A stretch of 64,000 nucleotides of DNA from Azolla caroliniana. Its lineage: Eukaryota > Plantae > Polypodiophyta. The stretch is from positions 11,532,001 through 11,596,000 of the forward strand of contig JBHGNT010000015.1 of NCBI GenBank assembly GCA_043228905.1, given 5' to 3'. Positions 1-12,410 of the stretch are shown here, piece by piece (within the stretch, counting starts at the first letter, position 1; the number at the start of each line of letters is the position of its first letter). Position numbers and translations under genes: made by a program. Under the pieces are notes generated by a model. The model did not search any database. It saw only the letters and a list, made by a program, of their open reading frames with translations, and was not told the DNA's origin.

Positions 1-10
1 ACAACGCGAG

Positions 11-1567
11 ATGTCGGAGATCACAACAGTAGTACAACGGCTCGTGCAACAGAACGGGCAATTCGATGGAAAGGACGTGTCACGCTATCTACGTGACTAC
101 AAAATGGAGATGTTGCGATATGGTATCTCAGAAAGATTGCAAGTGTTATCTTTCAACCGGGTGGCTACGGATGAGCTTCAAGAGAGAATCCACGAGATAC
201 GACAACAAAGCCCGATGTGGGAGTCCTTTGAAGAAGCTATACGAGACACATATGACTATCTAAGACCGAAGCGGATGAGGACATGGTCCACGAACGACGG
301 TCAACAGTGGGTGAAAAGCGGCCACCGACTACCACCGAAGGAGAGCTTGATGCGGAAGGGTTCGGAGATGCATGAAAAGTCGCAAGTCGACATTGAAGGG
401 GAGCTTAAAACCGAACCAAAGTCGAGGCCAACAAAGGACGAGGAGGAGGAAGATCGAGGACGAAAGGGTATCCCCACACCGGTTCCAGAGACTTCGGCGG
501 TTGTGCCCGTGCACCAACGTGAGACCGGAGAGACGGAATGTGTCGGCGGAAAAGTGGAGGACCGGAAGGGCAACGAGGAAGACAAAGTAAATGAGCACGA
601 ACGAAGGGATTCCTTCACCATTGTTTCGGAGACTTCGGTACTCGAGCCCGGGTGTCGACATAACACCGAAGATAAGGAAAGTGGCGGCAACGAAACGAAG
701 GTCGAAGCCGATGCATACGAAGGAGAGATAGCCAAGGAGAACATGGCTATGGGTGAAACAACGGAAGATGATAATACCGAGGATTCCTACCCACTAATTC
801 TAGAGACTTCGGCGGTTGTGTCCGAGAACCAACGTGAGACCGGAGAGACGGGAGGTGGCAACAAGGAAGGTAAAGTCGGAAGCCGGTTCGGATGGAAGAT
901 GATCCGTCTGAAATTCCGATGTAAACAAAAGCATGACAACGCGAAGGTCGGGTCTACGATGGGAGAAGCATGTAATACGGAGCACGCACTACGGCACCAA
1001 AAGAAGCACGTGCTACGGCGTAAAGAGAAGCACACGCTACGGCGCAAAAAGAAGCACGCGCTACGGTGCAAAAATAAGCATGCACTACGGGGTAATACGA
1101 CGCATGCACTACGATGGAATACGAAGCATGCGCTACGGCCTAATACGACGCATGCGCAACATCGAGAAATAAAGCATGCATTAAAGCCGCACAAGGACCT
1201 AACAGCGAGCGCGTATTCGGAGGTCGACATCGACGCGTGGGTAGAACCTACGGAAGACAAGCGCGGAGTGGAGAGAGACAACACACCAAGATGCTCAAGA
1301 GTACCACAAGGGACCATGACAACCACTCATGGCAATGCAAAGAATGAACAAAGAATATGGTGGATCGGATGGCGACAATGGTTCGGGTGGAAAGAATGGG
1401 TCTACTCAAAATGGAGAGACAAAGTTGACATAGCGGGACAAACGGAGGATGAAGGGGAGACAACGAGCATCGGCAACTTCGGCACATACCGGAGGATGTG
1501 CGGGTTCGGAGGGGGCGAGTGTCGTAGTGTATTTCGTACACTACGTGAAAAAGTAAAAATAATATAA
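11..1567 (+). CDS. Gag-like ORF of a probable non-autonomous LTR retroelement (gag N-terminus plus low-complexity repeats, no pol)
   Basis: 518-aa ORF. The N-terminal FDGKDVSRYL...WESFEEAI segment resembles retrotransposon gag. It is followed by acidic ETSAV-type repeats and basic repeats, and runs over a purine tract (GGAGGGGGCGAG 1508-1519) followed by TG. Confidence 0.6.
   Translation: MSEITTVVQRLVQQNGQFDGKDVSRYLRDYKMEMLRYGISERLQVLSFNRVATDELQERIHEIRQQSPMWESFEEAIRDTYDYLRPKRMRTWSTNDGQQWVKSGHRLPPKESLMRKGSEMHEKSQVDIEGELKTEPKSRPTKDEEEEDRGRKGIPTPVPETSAVVPVHQRETGETECVGGKVEDRKGNEEDKVNEHERRDSFTIVSETSVLEPGCRHNTEDKESGGNETKVEADAYEGEIAKENMAMGETTEDDNTEDSYPLILETSAVVSENQRETGETGGGNKEGKVGSRFGWKMIRLKFRCKQKHDNAKVGSTMGEACNTEHALRHQKKHVLRRKEKHTLRRKKKHALRCKNKHALRGNTTHALRWNTKHALRPNTTHAQHREIKHALKPHKDLTASAYSEVDIDAWVEPTEDKRGVERDNTPRCSRVPQGTMTTTHGNAKNEQRIWWIGWRQWFGWKEWVYSKWRDKVDIAGQTEDEGETTSIGNFGTYRRMCGFGGGECRSVFRTLREKVKII
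980..1195 (+). repeat. 24-bp coding minisatellite, about 9 units (KHALRxxx)
   Basis: Head-to-tail units such as aagcacgcgctacggtgcaaaaat and aagcatgcactacggggtaatacg. Confidence 0.9.
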
Positions 1568-2146
1568 CCGATTTAATTACATATAAATAAATAAAATAAG
1601 AATATTAAGATATTTATCACCAATAAATAAAATAAGAATATCAAGATATTTATCACGTGCATAGGGCAAGATTCAAACCCTATACCTCCACGTAGCCAAA
1701 CCTCAACTTTACCATTATGCTACCTTATCTTTAGTGTTCTATAAATAGATTTAATAACTATAACTGCTTTATTTGCGCCTACCTTTATTAAAAGGTAAAT
1801 CGTGCATTTTTAGAGTGCGTGAATATTTTTATAGAAAAACGCAAGCGACTAAAAAGTGACTCATGCACATCTAGCGTGCATGAGCACTATATTTAGCAAA
1901 TAAAAGCAAGGATTAAAAAAACATGTAGCTATGCTTAGTCTCTCCCATCACTACATAAGGATGGGGAGCACAATGTAATAGGTGTGTGAAAAATATTTGG
2001 GAAATTGGATATATTTCCTAAAACACCAACAATCAATAAAATATACTCGTGGGATTCACGAAGTTTAAGATAATCTATCTCTTTCAATCTAAATTCATAT
2101 TCTTACATAAATATTGATTAATGTAATACTTGTGGGATTCACAAGA
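1520..2146 (+). repeat. Putative 3' LTR of the gag-only element
   Basis: Starts with TGTCGT directly after the PPT-like tract. AT-rich, with a 9-bp hairpin CGTAGTGTA/TACACTACG at 1523-1545. The right end is uncertain and no partner LTR is in the window. Confidence 0.5.
1660..1725 (-). other. tRNA-derived / Pol III A-box and B-box-like segment
   Basis: Minus strand TAGCATAATGG (1722-1712) fits the A-box TRGCNNARYGG. GGTTTGAATCT (1679-1669) is a degenerate B-box. The 43-nt offset is tRNA-like. Confidence 0.5.
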
Positions 2147-2185
2147 TTAGCCTCAAATTCTTCCTCCTCCTAGTCCAAAACCCCG

Positions 2186-4223
2186 GTGGTTCCCACCCGA
2201 CTCACGCAAACGATCCGGAGCCGAAAGGCACGACAACGTAAGTCTACAAAACCTATTGTGTGGAATGCTACACTAGACCTCGCCTTTAAGGAACTCAAGG
2301 ACCTGGTTTGCAAGGCTCCTTCACTTCTTTTACCTGATCCTTCAAAACCTTTTGAGGTTGAAACCGATGCAAGCGATTATGCTATAGGTGCTATCTTGTA
2401 TCAAGATGGTAAACCAATAACATTCGAGAGTATGAAACTTGATTCTGCTCAATGTCGGTATACCGTTCAAGAAAAGGAATTATTTGCAGTTATACATGCG
2501 CTCAAAACATGGCGCCATTATCTTTATGGAAATCGCTTTGTGGTAACTACGGACCACGAGTCCTTCAAATATTTTTGTGACCAACAAGACTTCAAAGGTC
2601 GTAAGGCACGATGGGCTGATCTCATCCAGGACTTTGATTTTTCCATACGATATCGTAAAGGTTCCATGAACACTGTCGTTGATGCACTAAGTCGCATCCG
2701 TGAAGTTAACATGCTTAGCTTCACTGAAATAACATCAGATCTTTATGATCACCTTCGAGGAAAGTATCATGATGACAGTTATTTTACAAAATACTGGGCA
2801 AGAGTTGAGTTTGGAACAGACACCACCACATCCTCAAAGGAATACTTCCACATTGCTAACGGTTTGCTCTACCGTAATGGGAAGGTTTGTGTTCCAGATT
2901 TACCCGAGGTAAAAAAGAGGATTCTTTTTGAATGCCATGATGCACCCTCAGCAGGGCACCCTGGAATACATCGCACACTTGTTCTCATCTCCACTCAATT
3001 TTATTGGCCTAAGATGCGTCCTGACAACATAACTATGTGATTAAATATCACCAGTGTCAGGTTAACAAAGCCGAGCGACTTAAAGCCGCATGACTTTTAC
3101 ATCCCTTGGACATTCCCAATAATAAGTGGGAAAGTATATCCATGGATTTTATTGTTAGCCTTCCTCGCACCCAAAAAGGTCATGATGCCATCTGGGTTGT
3201 CGTTGATCGACTAACTAAAATGGCTAGATTTATTGCTACTAAAACCACGGTAACAGCTCCTGAATTGGCTTACCAATTCGTTGACGAATTATTTCGTTTT
3301 TATGGGTTACCGATGGATATCATGAGTGATCGAGATCTAAAGTTTACTAATGACTTCTGGACGCAAGTCTTTAAGAAGTTAGAAACTACGTTGAGCATGA
3401 GCTCCACGGATCATCCTCAATCTGATGGACAGACAGAACGAGTAAATCAAATTATTGAGGACATGCTTCGAGCATACGTTGGTGCAAAACCAACAAAATG
3501 GGAACATTATCTCCCAATTTTGGAATTGCTTATAACAGCTCCAAGCATACATCGACGGGATATAGTCCTTTTATGTTGATGTATGGTTTTCAGCCATGAG
3601 CCCCGATTGATGTTAATATACATCATGATGAGTTGCAAAGTACGCAAAACTTTCTTCGGGATATGCAAGATATGTTGCATATTGCACGAGATAATATAAA
3701 AACAGCTCAAGATAGAGCACGTTTTTATGCCGACCATCATAGGCAACCTCGTGTATTCAACCCTAGACAAAAGGTATTTTTATGTGTACCTCACAATTCT
3801 AAAACATTGTCTACGGGTAAGTGCGCTAAGTTAGCCCCACGGTTTTGTGGACCTTTTACAGTCCTCAAACGCATTGGGTCATCAGCCTATCGTCTCGCTC
3901 TTCTCGATGGTGTTGGAATTCATCCAGTCTTCCATGTGAGTCGTTTAAAAGAACTTCTAGGTTCTGGCGACAACATAGTTACAACTAAAACTCTGGTTAC
4001 TTCTGAAGATTTATCTTCGAAACCACATGTACTAGAAAGAATTCTCGATGTTAAAACAAAAAAGTTACGTACTAAAGAAATCCGAGAATTTAAAATAAAA
4101 TGGATGGACAAATCTATCAAAGATTCCACATGGGAACGCGAGAATACTCTAAGAACAAACTTCCCTAACTTTCCATTGCAAGAGTGCATTGTTTTAAAGA
4201 AGGGGAGTATGTTATGGGCATGA
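2186..4223 (+). pseudogene. Ty3/Gypsy pol 3' part: RNase H, integrase, chromodomain (disrupted)
   Basis: RNase H motifs ETDASDYAIGA and EKELFAV; zinc-finger start HDAPSAGHPG; integrase core SMDFI, VVDRLTK, HPQSDGQTERVNQ; GPF and HPVFHVS; chromodomain-like KIKW...STWE. Split by stops and frameshifts. Confidence 0.93.
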
Positions 4224-4669
4224 CCATTTAATATCCCGTGGTGAGAATTTACCGTAGTATTCTATACACGTGGATAAGTGTGAGGGTTAAACGAGAGTGT
4301 AACGAAGGGGAGGATTACTTTAAATCCTCGGGATTGAGACAACCCATTAGGTCAAGTGTGAACTTGCCTGGGGGCCTTGGGTATCGCTATAAATAAGAGG
4401 CCTAGCTACCCTCATTTGATCATCTCTTGACTACATCGAGACTCTGCTCTTGTGGTGGGTCAACTCTTGTAGCGAGCGCGCCAGCACCAGGTACGACTCG
4501 ACGCCACGACGGTGGTATGGGACGCCGATCGAGGCTCGAGTCCATCTCGATCCCTTCGCTCGGGGGTGGTCGGGTGAATGGGCACCGTTCTTTCTCTTTC
4601 TCCTTTCTATAGATCTATCATTAGTTTATCCTTATCTTAAGCTTACTTTAGTACCTAGATCTCTAATAC
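4210..4669 (+). repeat. 3' LTR of the Gypsy remnant
   Basis: TGTTAT follows the PPT AAGAAGGGGAG. TATAAATA near 4388. Right end approximate. Confidence 0.7.
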
Positions 4670-4727
4670 TTGGCAAGGGCTATTGCTTCCTAGAATGTGA
4701 AAAGATTGTCTTAGATGCTCTGATTTC

Positions 4728-4991
4728 TAGGAATCGGCAACGGCTCGAATGAAGCCTAAACCGAACCGCCAAATCATTTGAGCTCGGTTTGGGATTGTTC
4801 AAACCAGTTAAGCCTAAACCGGTTACCAAGCCGGTTAAGGCTTAATCGGCTTGGCAAAACCGGTTTAGGCTTAACTAGTTAGCCTAAACCGGTTTAGAAA
4901 CTGGTTCGGTTAAGGTTTGGAAACCCCCAAACCGGTTTGGTTCATACAAACCAAACTGGCTAAACCTAAACCGAACCGTTGCTGATTCCTA
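4728..4991. mobile_element. hAT-type MITE (264 bp)
   Basis: 16-bp TIRs TAGGAATCGGCAACGG / CCGTTGCTGATTCCTA (1 mismatch). 8-bp flanks CTGATTTC / TCGATTTC (6/8). Interior packed with AAACCG/CGGTTT motifs resembling Ac subterminal AAACGG. Confidence 0.85.
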
Positions 4992-5267
4992 TCGATTTCT
5001 AATGAAACTTGTCTAGGACGGATATGGCAATACATTTATTTTTTCTTACTCCTTTTCTTTTTGTTTGGTTAATCCTCTATTTCTTTCTCTTATACTAATA
5101 TGGCAATACATTTATTTTTTCTTCCTCTTTTTCTTTTTGTTGGTTCTCCCTTTCTTTCTCCTTATGTCTTTCTATACCATAAATTCTTTAATATCAAGAA
5201 TTTATGAACCACGTTCCTCTTGTATTCTCCCCATGTTAATAACCTTCCTACAACTAGAGTTTGTATA

Positions 5268-5323
5268 AGTCTTCTCATGTTGGATGGATGAGCACAGTCT
5301 TCTCATGCTGGATGGATGAGCAC
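5268..5323. repeat. 28-bp tandem duplication
   Basis: agtcttctcatg(t/c)tggatggatgagcac x2. Confidence 0.9.
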
Positions 5324-5799
5324 ATGATGCTCATGTTAGAGGCTATCACATGCATATACAACATATATTTTCCCTTAGTTATGTTCTAATTAAAAACACC
5401 TAAAACTTTTAACTCAAAACATATCAATATACTATTACTTCATTAGTAGTGACATTGTTTCATTATATATGTGCATAGGATTTGAAATCCTCATTTCGTT
5501 GTTTAATTATGCATAAATATTTTTTGAAAACCAAATAAGAATGGGAAAGACGGAGAATGTGCTTGGTTTGGAGGTGGTCTAGACCGCTTACCATTAGCAA
5601 TATTCCACTATGATATGATGTTTTTAGGTAAGATTCAAAGTTCACGAACTATGGATGGAGTGGCATAGGATATTATTCCACATTTAGATACTCATACAAT
5701 AATGCCCCCATCTATGTCATACCAAGATTATGATACATTTGAAATGAGGGATGGGCTTATGTGTTGAAATGTTCACTTGAATGTTCTAGATGCTCCACC

Positions 5800-6660
5800 A
5801 TCCCTTTAGATCTTTAAGATTTGTCATGATTCTATGGTATTTTAGGGTCTCTTAAGACAATTGAGATCATAAGTCATGATTTCTTGGGGCCCTCCCTTTA
5901 GAGAATAGTCATAACTTTTGTTCACTTGTATGACATTTGAGCTCGACCAAAAGACCCTTGTCATCTACATTATGGAACCCTGTATTAGTTAAAATGGGCC
6001 TTCAAAGAGCATCTCAATCAAGTTTATTTCAAAGCTTCCTTGATCTCAAGGTAATGATGTCATTCTAGTAGTTGTGGATCAAGTTTTAAAGATAGTTCAT
6101 TTCATTCTATACTCTTCCCCCATCTCAACTAAAGTCATGAACACACTTCTCTTTGTTAGGGCTTTTGTCTCGATGCGCTTCTAGAAAATATTATCAAAGA
6201 CCAAGGCCCTCAATTCATTGTAGGATATTAGAAATGCTTCGTCGAGGTCTCACAAATTCTTAGGTCATATCCTCTAAACCAATTGAAACAAACACATTTT
6301 TTTAGAAGAGTTTACATTGTTTTATTAGTTATCAACTAGTTGAATAGGTCGATTGGTTTCCCATTGTAGAATTATGGTACAATAACTTAGTTCATCCTTT
6401 TATAGGACAAACTTCTCCCTTTGCAATATTTGGGATACATTTTTAGTGACCTTTCTTACCTGACTTTACATTTGGTTAATCCTTGAGCAAACGTTTCTCT
6501 TGAACAACTATAGAAAATCCAAGCTAAAATCTTAGAGCATGTCCAACTAACAAATCAACATATCCAACTTGCACTCTCTTTTAAAATGGGTAATTGATTA
6601 TGGCTTCTTCACAAAGTTTTGCGCACTAGGTGACCCTACACCAATCTTAACTTTTGAGCC
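5800..6660 (+). pseudogene. Highly decayed Gypsy integrase fragment
   Basis: Residual translations FISKLP*SQGNDVILVVVDQ...IVHFI (about 6020-6110) and ENIIKDQGPQF (about 6184). Confidence 0.7.
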
Positions 6661-6949
6661 AATAGATCATGCACACGTAAAAATTCATCTCTAACTCTCT
6701 TTAGAGAAAGGAAACCTTCACATACATCTAATGGAGGCACCACCATTTTGTTGCAGAGAGCACTAATATAATTTGTATAGTCATCATCTTCACCACAATG
6801 GAAAAGTCAAGGGCTTAGGCATACCTTTTCAAGATGAGGCATGCTTTGTTTGGGTGTACGTTTTTGTTAGAGTTATACTTTAGCTGGCACACACACATTT
6901 ACAATTGATGGCCTTCTTATCTAGCAAAGACAAAACAAGGTACCATTTC

Positions 6950-7935
6950 CTCTTGTCTTAGAGAGCTTGCATCTGTTCATTCATGGCCGGCATCCATTAA
7001 GGATATTGGGCTACTTCCTCAAAGCTTTCTATCTTGGGAAAACCACTACCTTCACGAGGAAGACGTATTGTTGCACCATGTTTTTCATTGTTGTCAATGT
7101 TTTCTTCTCATACGGAGTGTCATAGTTTCTATTGTGTCCTTAGTAGGTATCTCTTCATACTAGGTTGTCCTCATGATAGGCACACTAGGCTCAACATCAA
7201 TAGATGAAGCACAAATTGTTAAGTAGGAGTGCGTTTCCTCTCTCACAAAGATCTAGTGATCATCTTTATACTCAACTAGGCGGGGAAAAATAAGTATACT
7301 ATGTCTAGTTTTGCGTCATGCCTCGACATGTTTTGGTCGCCAAACCACTTATCTAGATATTTCATCATGCTCAATGTACTATTGGGTGTGGTTGTCATTG
7401 AATGTTCAACTCAGATTGATATTGATGTTAATGATGGTGTCTTCATCAATTGTCACAGATGTGATGACATCATAGTGTACCATGATGCCAATTTTTTGAA
7501 CACTATATCAGGACTTGCATGAAATTTATGGGTGGAAGGGCCATAATAGTTGCACCTTTTCTACTCGAGTGAATTGTTAAGAAAAATGAAATTTCTATCT
7601 TGGAGTCCTTCTTTGCTAGCATTTCATCTATTATGCGTGCATAAGCAATGATGTCAAACATCATTAAGAATGGCACATTGGGCTTCTTTCTATAGAAACA
7701 CTTGTTTGGAGTCATGTTATGTGCAATTTAACAATACGGTGTCAATTGATAGATTGTTATGCACCTTGCTTTGACCCAATATGAGCACAACATGCTCTTC
7801 TCATCCATCATGACATGTGATACTTTCATGAGTTCTTTTTTTAGCTACATGCTTTTGTTGTGACATGTGAATAGGTGGTAGATTGGTTCGTCTTGGAGAA
7901 TATCGTAAATACTTTGGAGAAGTATTCTTTGTTGT
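6950..7935 (-). pseudogene. Highly decayed Copia integrase-to-RT fragment
   Basis: The minus ORF 7503-7715 (TPNKCFYRKKPNV..FDIIAYARI) resembles the Copia integrase C-terminus, and similar remnants flank it. Confidence 0.6.
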
Positions 7936-7951
7936 CATAAAAATGAAGACA

Positions 7952-9620
7952 TATTGAAGAGAATAAGATGCGGAAGCTTGTACACAAACGCAATTGGCTC
8001 AGCCGGACTGTAGCAACAGTTAGGTAAACACGAAGAATAAAGAATACACATTATTAGAGAGAGAGACAGAGAGAGAGCAAAACAACGAAAAACTCAATTC
8101 ACAATAATGACACTCTGTACATATGATTGTGCTCAGTGAGCACTTTTATACAAGCCCTGACAATGGGCTGACACAAGTATCATCAGTGCTTGAATGCTCA
8201 TAAATGAGCCTGACACAAACTCATCGCATAATATTCCTATTTACTAGCATAGGAATACAGGCCCCTAGCACTATAACTACAAAAATGTTCCTAATACTAA
8301 TATTAGGAATATAGGCTCTAACAACCTATTAACCTTATCTTAGGCTGCCCAACTATCGGCTTATTCAGCCGACTCAGCTGTCAGCTTCTTCAAATGACTG
8401 CCCTTTAGCCGATCTGGCTCAAGTTGAGCTTGTCTCTCAGCACTCCCCCTCAAGCTCTACTTGAGGTTCCTCCTACTCTGTCGGTTCTTCACTCCGGCCT
8501 CTCTTGGCTTCACGTCTTCTTGCTCGCGCTCCACAACTCGTCCAATCCCTCGCCCCTCGACCTGTTCGGTCAGCTTGTCTGCTACTGCTAAGGCCTTCGT
8601 TAGCCTCCTTCTTGCCTCTGAGACTTTGGCACCCCTCGATCCGCGGCTCTCCTGCCTTGGCATCGTCTCTTGATGCCTTATCGTTCATTTGGCCTTCATG
8701 TGTCTCGGTTCTTCTGACCCACTTCCTTCGATCAAGTCGGCTGTCTTTGACACATCTCCTTGCAGGCCTTTGACCACATCTGACCATGTCCTAGTCTTGA
8801 CCTTTAATCCGTAGAGGGACTTCTTCAGTCGGTAGACAACCAAGGTATTCAAACCGGACTAAAATTCTGGAGGCTACACCATGTACACCTGTTCCTCAAG
8901 CTCTCCTTGTAGGAACACGTTCTTGACATCCATTTGGTGCATATGCCATCACTTTGCCGTGACTACCACCATCTTTGCGACTGGTGCAAATGTCTCATCG
9001 TAGTTGATGCGGTGTTGTTGTGCATAGCGCTTTGCCACCAATCTGTCCTTGTACCGGTTGACAGAGCCGTTGACGTTGTACTTGACCTTGTACACCCAAC
9101 TGTATCTGATCGGCTTCACACCCTTGGGGGCGTCAACTAGGTCCCAAGTCTCATTCTCCGTCAATGCGCGCATCTCTTCCTCCATGACGGCACACCGATT
9201 TGCATCCTTTGCCGCCTTTGCGTAACTCTTCGGCTCGCATATCTTCGCCACTTTGGTCATGTATGCATAATGATGTGCCATGTACTCATTATACCTGTAC
9301 TTGAAGACATGGTTCTTATGGCTGGTGGATTGGTGCAACCTTTGGTTCGTTGATTTCAAGGCCCTCTTAGCTGTCTCTGACCTCATTTCTGGAGGTCCAT
9401 TTTCGTTTCTGATCGTGTCGGATTCACTCTGGTCTCATGTCCTGGCCTCAGTGCTGTACTCAGGTATCTTCATCTTCCCTTCCTCCTTGCACGTAAGCTG
9501 TCTCCTCAGCTTCTAGCGCAGGGACTGCACGATCGATTCTAGATTACTCACTGGCTCCTCATCTGGCTGGTTGTTCCGACTCAATCTCTCATTCGGCTCA
9601 GTTAGCCAGTATGAGATCAA
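7952..9620 (-). mobile_element. Copia 3' fragment (linker, partial RT, 3' extension, PPT, 3' LTR 7952-8442)
   Basis: RT motifs WVYKVKYN, DYDETFAPVAK-like and LKKSLYGLK. A deletion near 8803 joins RT to KTRTWSDVVK. The PPT TTGAGGGGGAG (8453-8443) precedes TGCTGAGAGACAAGCTCAAC. Confidence 0.88.
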
Positions 9621-11455
9621 CTGAATGTTGGTATTGTGGCTGAAAAGGTCACAAGAAGAGCGAGTGTTGGAAGAAGCGTGCCGATTTGGACAAATCCGGA
9701 TCCGGCAAAGCCGAACAAGAGAGTCGGCAAAGGTCGCACTACGCCAAAGGGTCGGAAGGACCCAAAAGTGAAAAAGGGCCGGCCAGCCTTCATGATGAAA
9801 CACGAGGCAAACTCGATGAAGAAGACCACCTCACAATCAACCGAGGTGTAGTACGTTGACTCCGGAGCAACCGGGAGTGGTCAAAATTGGAGACGACACT
9901 CAGCACCCGATCGAACATGTCGGTAAAGTTCCCTTAAGTCATGTCGGACAGAAGGGGATATTGATGAATGTGATGCACGTCCCGACAATAACAAAGAACT
10001 TGGTGTCGGTTGGCCAAGGAATGCAAGTTCGATTCCCCCACCTCGGGTTCTTCATTGAGGAAGAGGGCCAAATCATTGCGAAAGGGCGATGGGAAGGGAG
10101 GATGTTTATCCTCGACACCAATGATGTGGGCACTGCACTGTTTGCGAAGGGACAAAAAGTCGAGTTGGATATCAACTTGTGGCACAAGTGGATCGGCCAC
10201 GTCAACTACCAGAGTCTTCTGGACCTGTAGTTGAAACAAGTAGTATTCGGCTTGCCGAAATGTAGTGGCCAGAAGGCCCAAATTTGTGAAGCCTGCTAGC
10301 TTGGGACGTAACACCGACTTCCATTCCCCAATGAGTGAAATCGGAGGCGGAATAAGCTCGACTTGATACATTTAGATGGGGACCGACACAGAATGTATGC
10401 TTAGGCGGGAGTCGATATTTCATCTCCTTCATCGACAACTACAACTAGCACACATGGATCTACCTCATTGAGAGAAAACCATTTGATTGTTTCTAGAACT
10501 TACAAATCTTAGTCGAAAGGGAAACAGAGAGGAAGATAAAGTGTCTACGGTCGGATGGCGGAAAAGAGTACTTTTCCAGCTAATTCAACTATTATTTGTA
10601 GTAGATGGGAATTCGGAGAGAATTCAGCTGTAGATATACGCCGGAGAAAAATGGCATAATCGAGAGGAAGAAGAGGAAGAACCAGTCAATTGTGGAAGTG
10701 GCAAGGGAAATGCTGGAGGAGAAGAGCATGCCTAGATTTTACTGAGCTGAAGTTGTTCGAACAGCAGTCTACATCCAAAACCGGATAGGGGAGAAGTTGT
10801 CGACACACGAGTAATATTTCAGGTGGAAGCCGAACTTAAGACACCTGAGGGTATTCAACATCATAGCCTATGTGCATGTGACCAGTGAGAAGAGGAGAAA
10901 GTTAACACGAAGTTGGAGAAGTGCATATTGGTCGGCTACTCACATGAACAGAAGGGGTATAAGTGTTATAACCCCCGAACCAAACAAGTTTGAGTGAGTT
11001 GAGATGTCTAATTCGATGAGTTGGCATCATGATATTCCTCACCGACTCCGACTCCAACCACCCAATCACTGAGGATGAGACCAATGAGCCCAACATGATT
11101 CGGGAAGAAGAAGAAGAGGATATCGGCACTCTAGAAGAGAGTCTGATCTCATTCTGGCTAAGTGGGCCGAATGAGAGACAGAGTCGAAACGATCAGTCCA
11201 ATGATGAGCCAACGAGTAGTGGAGACTCGGTCGTGCACTCCCCGTGCAAGGAACCAAGGAGACAATACATGTGCAAAGAGAAGGGGAAGAAGAAGATGCC
11301 AGAGTATGGCACCGACAAGGAAGAGTCGGATCCAAACGAATCCGACACCGGAAAAAATGAAGACTCTAAATCAGACTCATCATTGTTCATCTGGAAAGGT
11401 CCGATATCCATCCTACTATATGTCGATGACTTGGTCGTCACCGGACCCGACCTCC

Positions 11456-12410
11456 CTGAAATTGGCCGTGTCAAGTCCCAACTGTCGGAAGCATTTGAGA
11501 TGAAGGACCTGGGGGACTGTCACTGCTTCCTTGGGATCGAAGTGATCGACACCCCCGATGACATATTGTTGTGTCAGCAACACTATGTGTTGAATATGTT
11601 GTTGAAGTTCGGCACGACCCATTGTCGACTGGTCGCAACACCTCTCGACAAGAATTTGAAGTTGCGTCCCGACTCCGGAACGTCCTGCAATGAGAAATGG
11701 TTCCGACAAATTGTCGGAAGCCTCATATACCTGATGATCACCCGACCTGACATTAGTCATCTTGTCGCTGAAATTGGCCACGTCAAGTCCCAACTATCGG
11801 AAGCATTTGAGATGAAGGACTTGGGGGACCGTCACTGCTTCCTTGGGATCAAAGTGATTGACACCCCCAATGACATATTGTTGTGTCAGGAACACTATGT
11901 GTTGAATATGTTGTTCAAGTTCGGCACGACCGATTGTCGACTGGTCGCAACACCTCTTGGCAGGAATTTGAAGTTGCGTCCCGACTCCGGAACATCCTGC
12001 AACGAGAAATGGTTTCGACAAATTGTCGGAAGCCTCATATACTTGACAATCACCCGACACGACATTAGTCATCTGGTCGCTGAAATCGGCCGCATCAAGT
12101 CCCAACTGTCGGAAGCATTTGAGATGAAGGACCTGGGGGACCGTCACTACTTCCTTGGGATCGAAGTGATCGACACCCCCGATGACATATTGTTGTGTTA
12201 GCAACAGTATGTGTTGAATATGTTGTTCAAGTTCGGCACAACCGATTGTCGACTGGTCACAACACCTCTCAACAGGAATTTGAAGTTGTGTCCCTACCTC
12301 GCTGAAATCGGCCGCGAGGAACGTCCTGCAACGAGAAATGGTTCCGAAAAATTGTCGGAAGCCTCATATACCCGACGATCACCCGACCTGACATTAGTCA
12401 TCTGGTCAGA
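11456..12410 (+). repeat. In-frame 312-bp tandem triplication inside Copia RT
   Basis: TCAAGTCCCAACT recurs at 11471, 11783 and 12095. The peptide KSQLSEAFEMKDLGD...RPDISHL is repeated. Confidence 0.95.

Noticed and set aside
980-1195. Regular 24-bp repeats resembling a CRISPR array
   Set aside because: The units are head-to-tail with no unique spacers, lie in a reading frame, and no cas genes are present in this eukaryotic TE context.
1660-1725. Functional tRNA gene (also 50380-50450)
   Set aside because: Only the A/B boxes fit. Acceptor, anticodon and T stems do not pair convincingly.
5065-5268. Hydrophobic ORF as a membrane or env protein
   Set aside because: It arises from a T/C-rich low-complexity tract and has no recognisable motif or element context.
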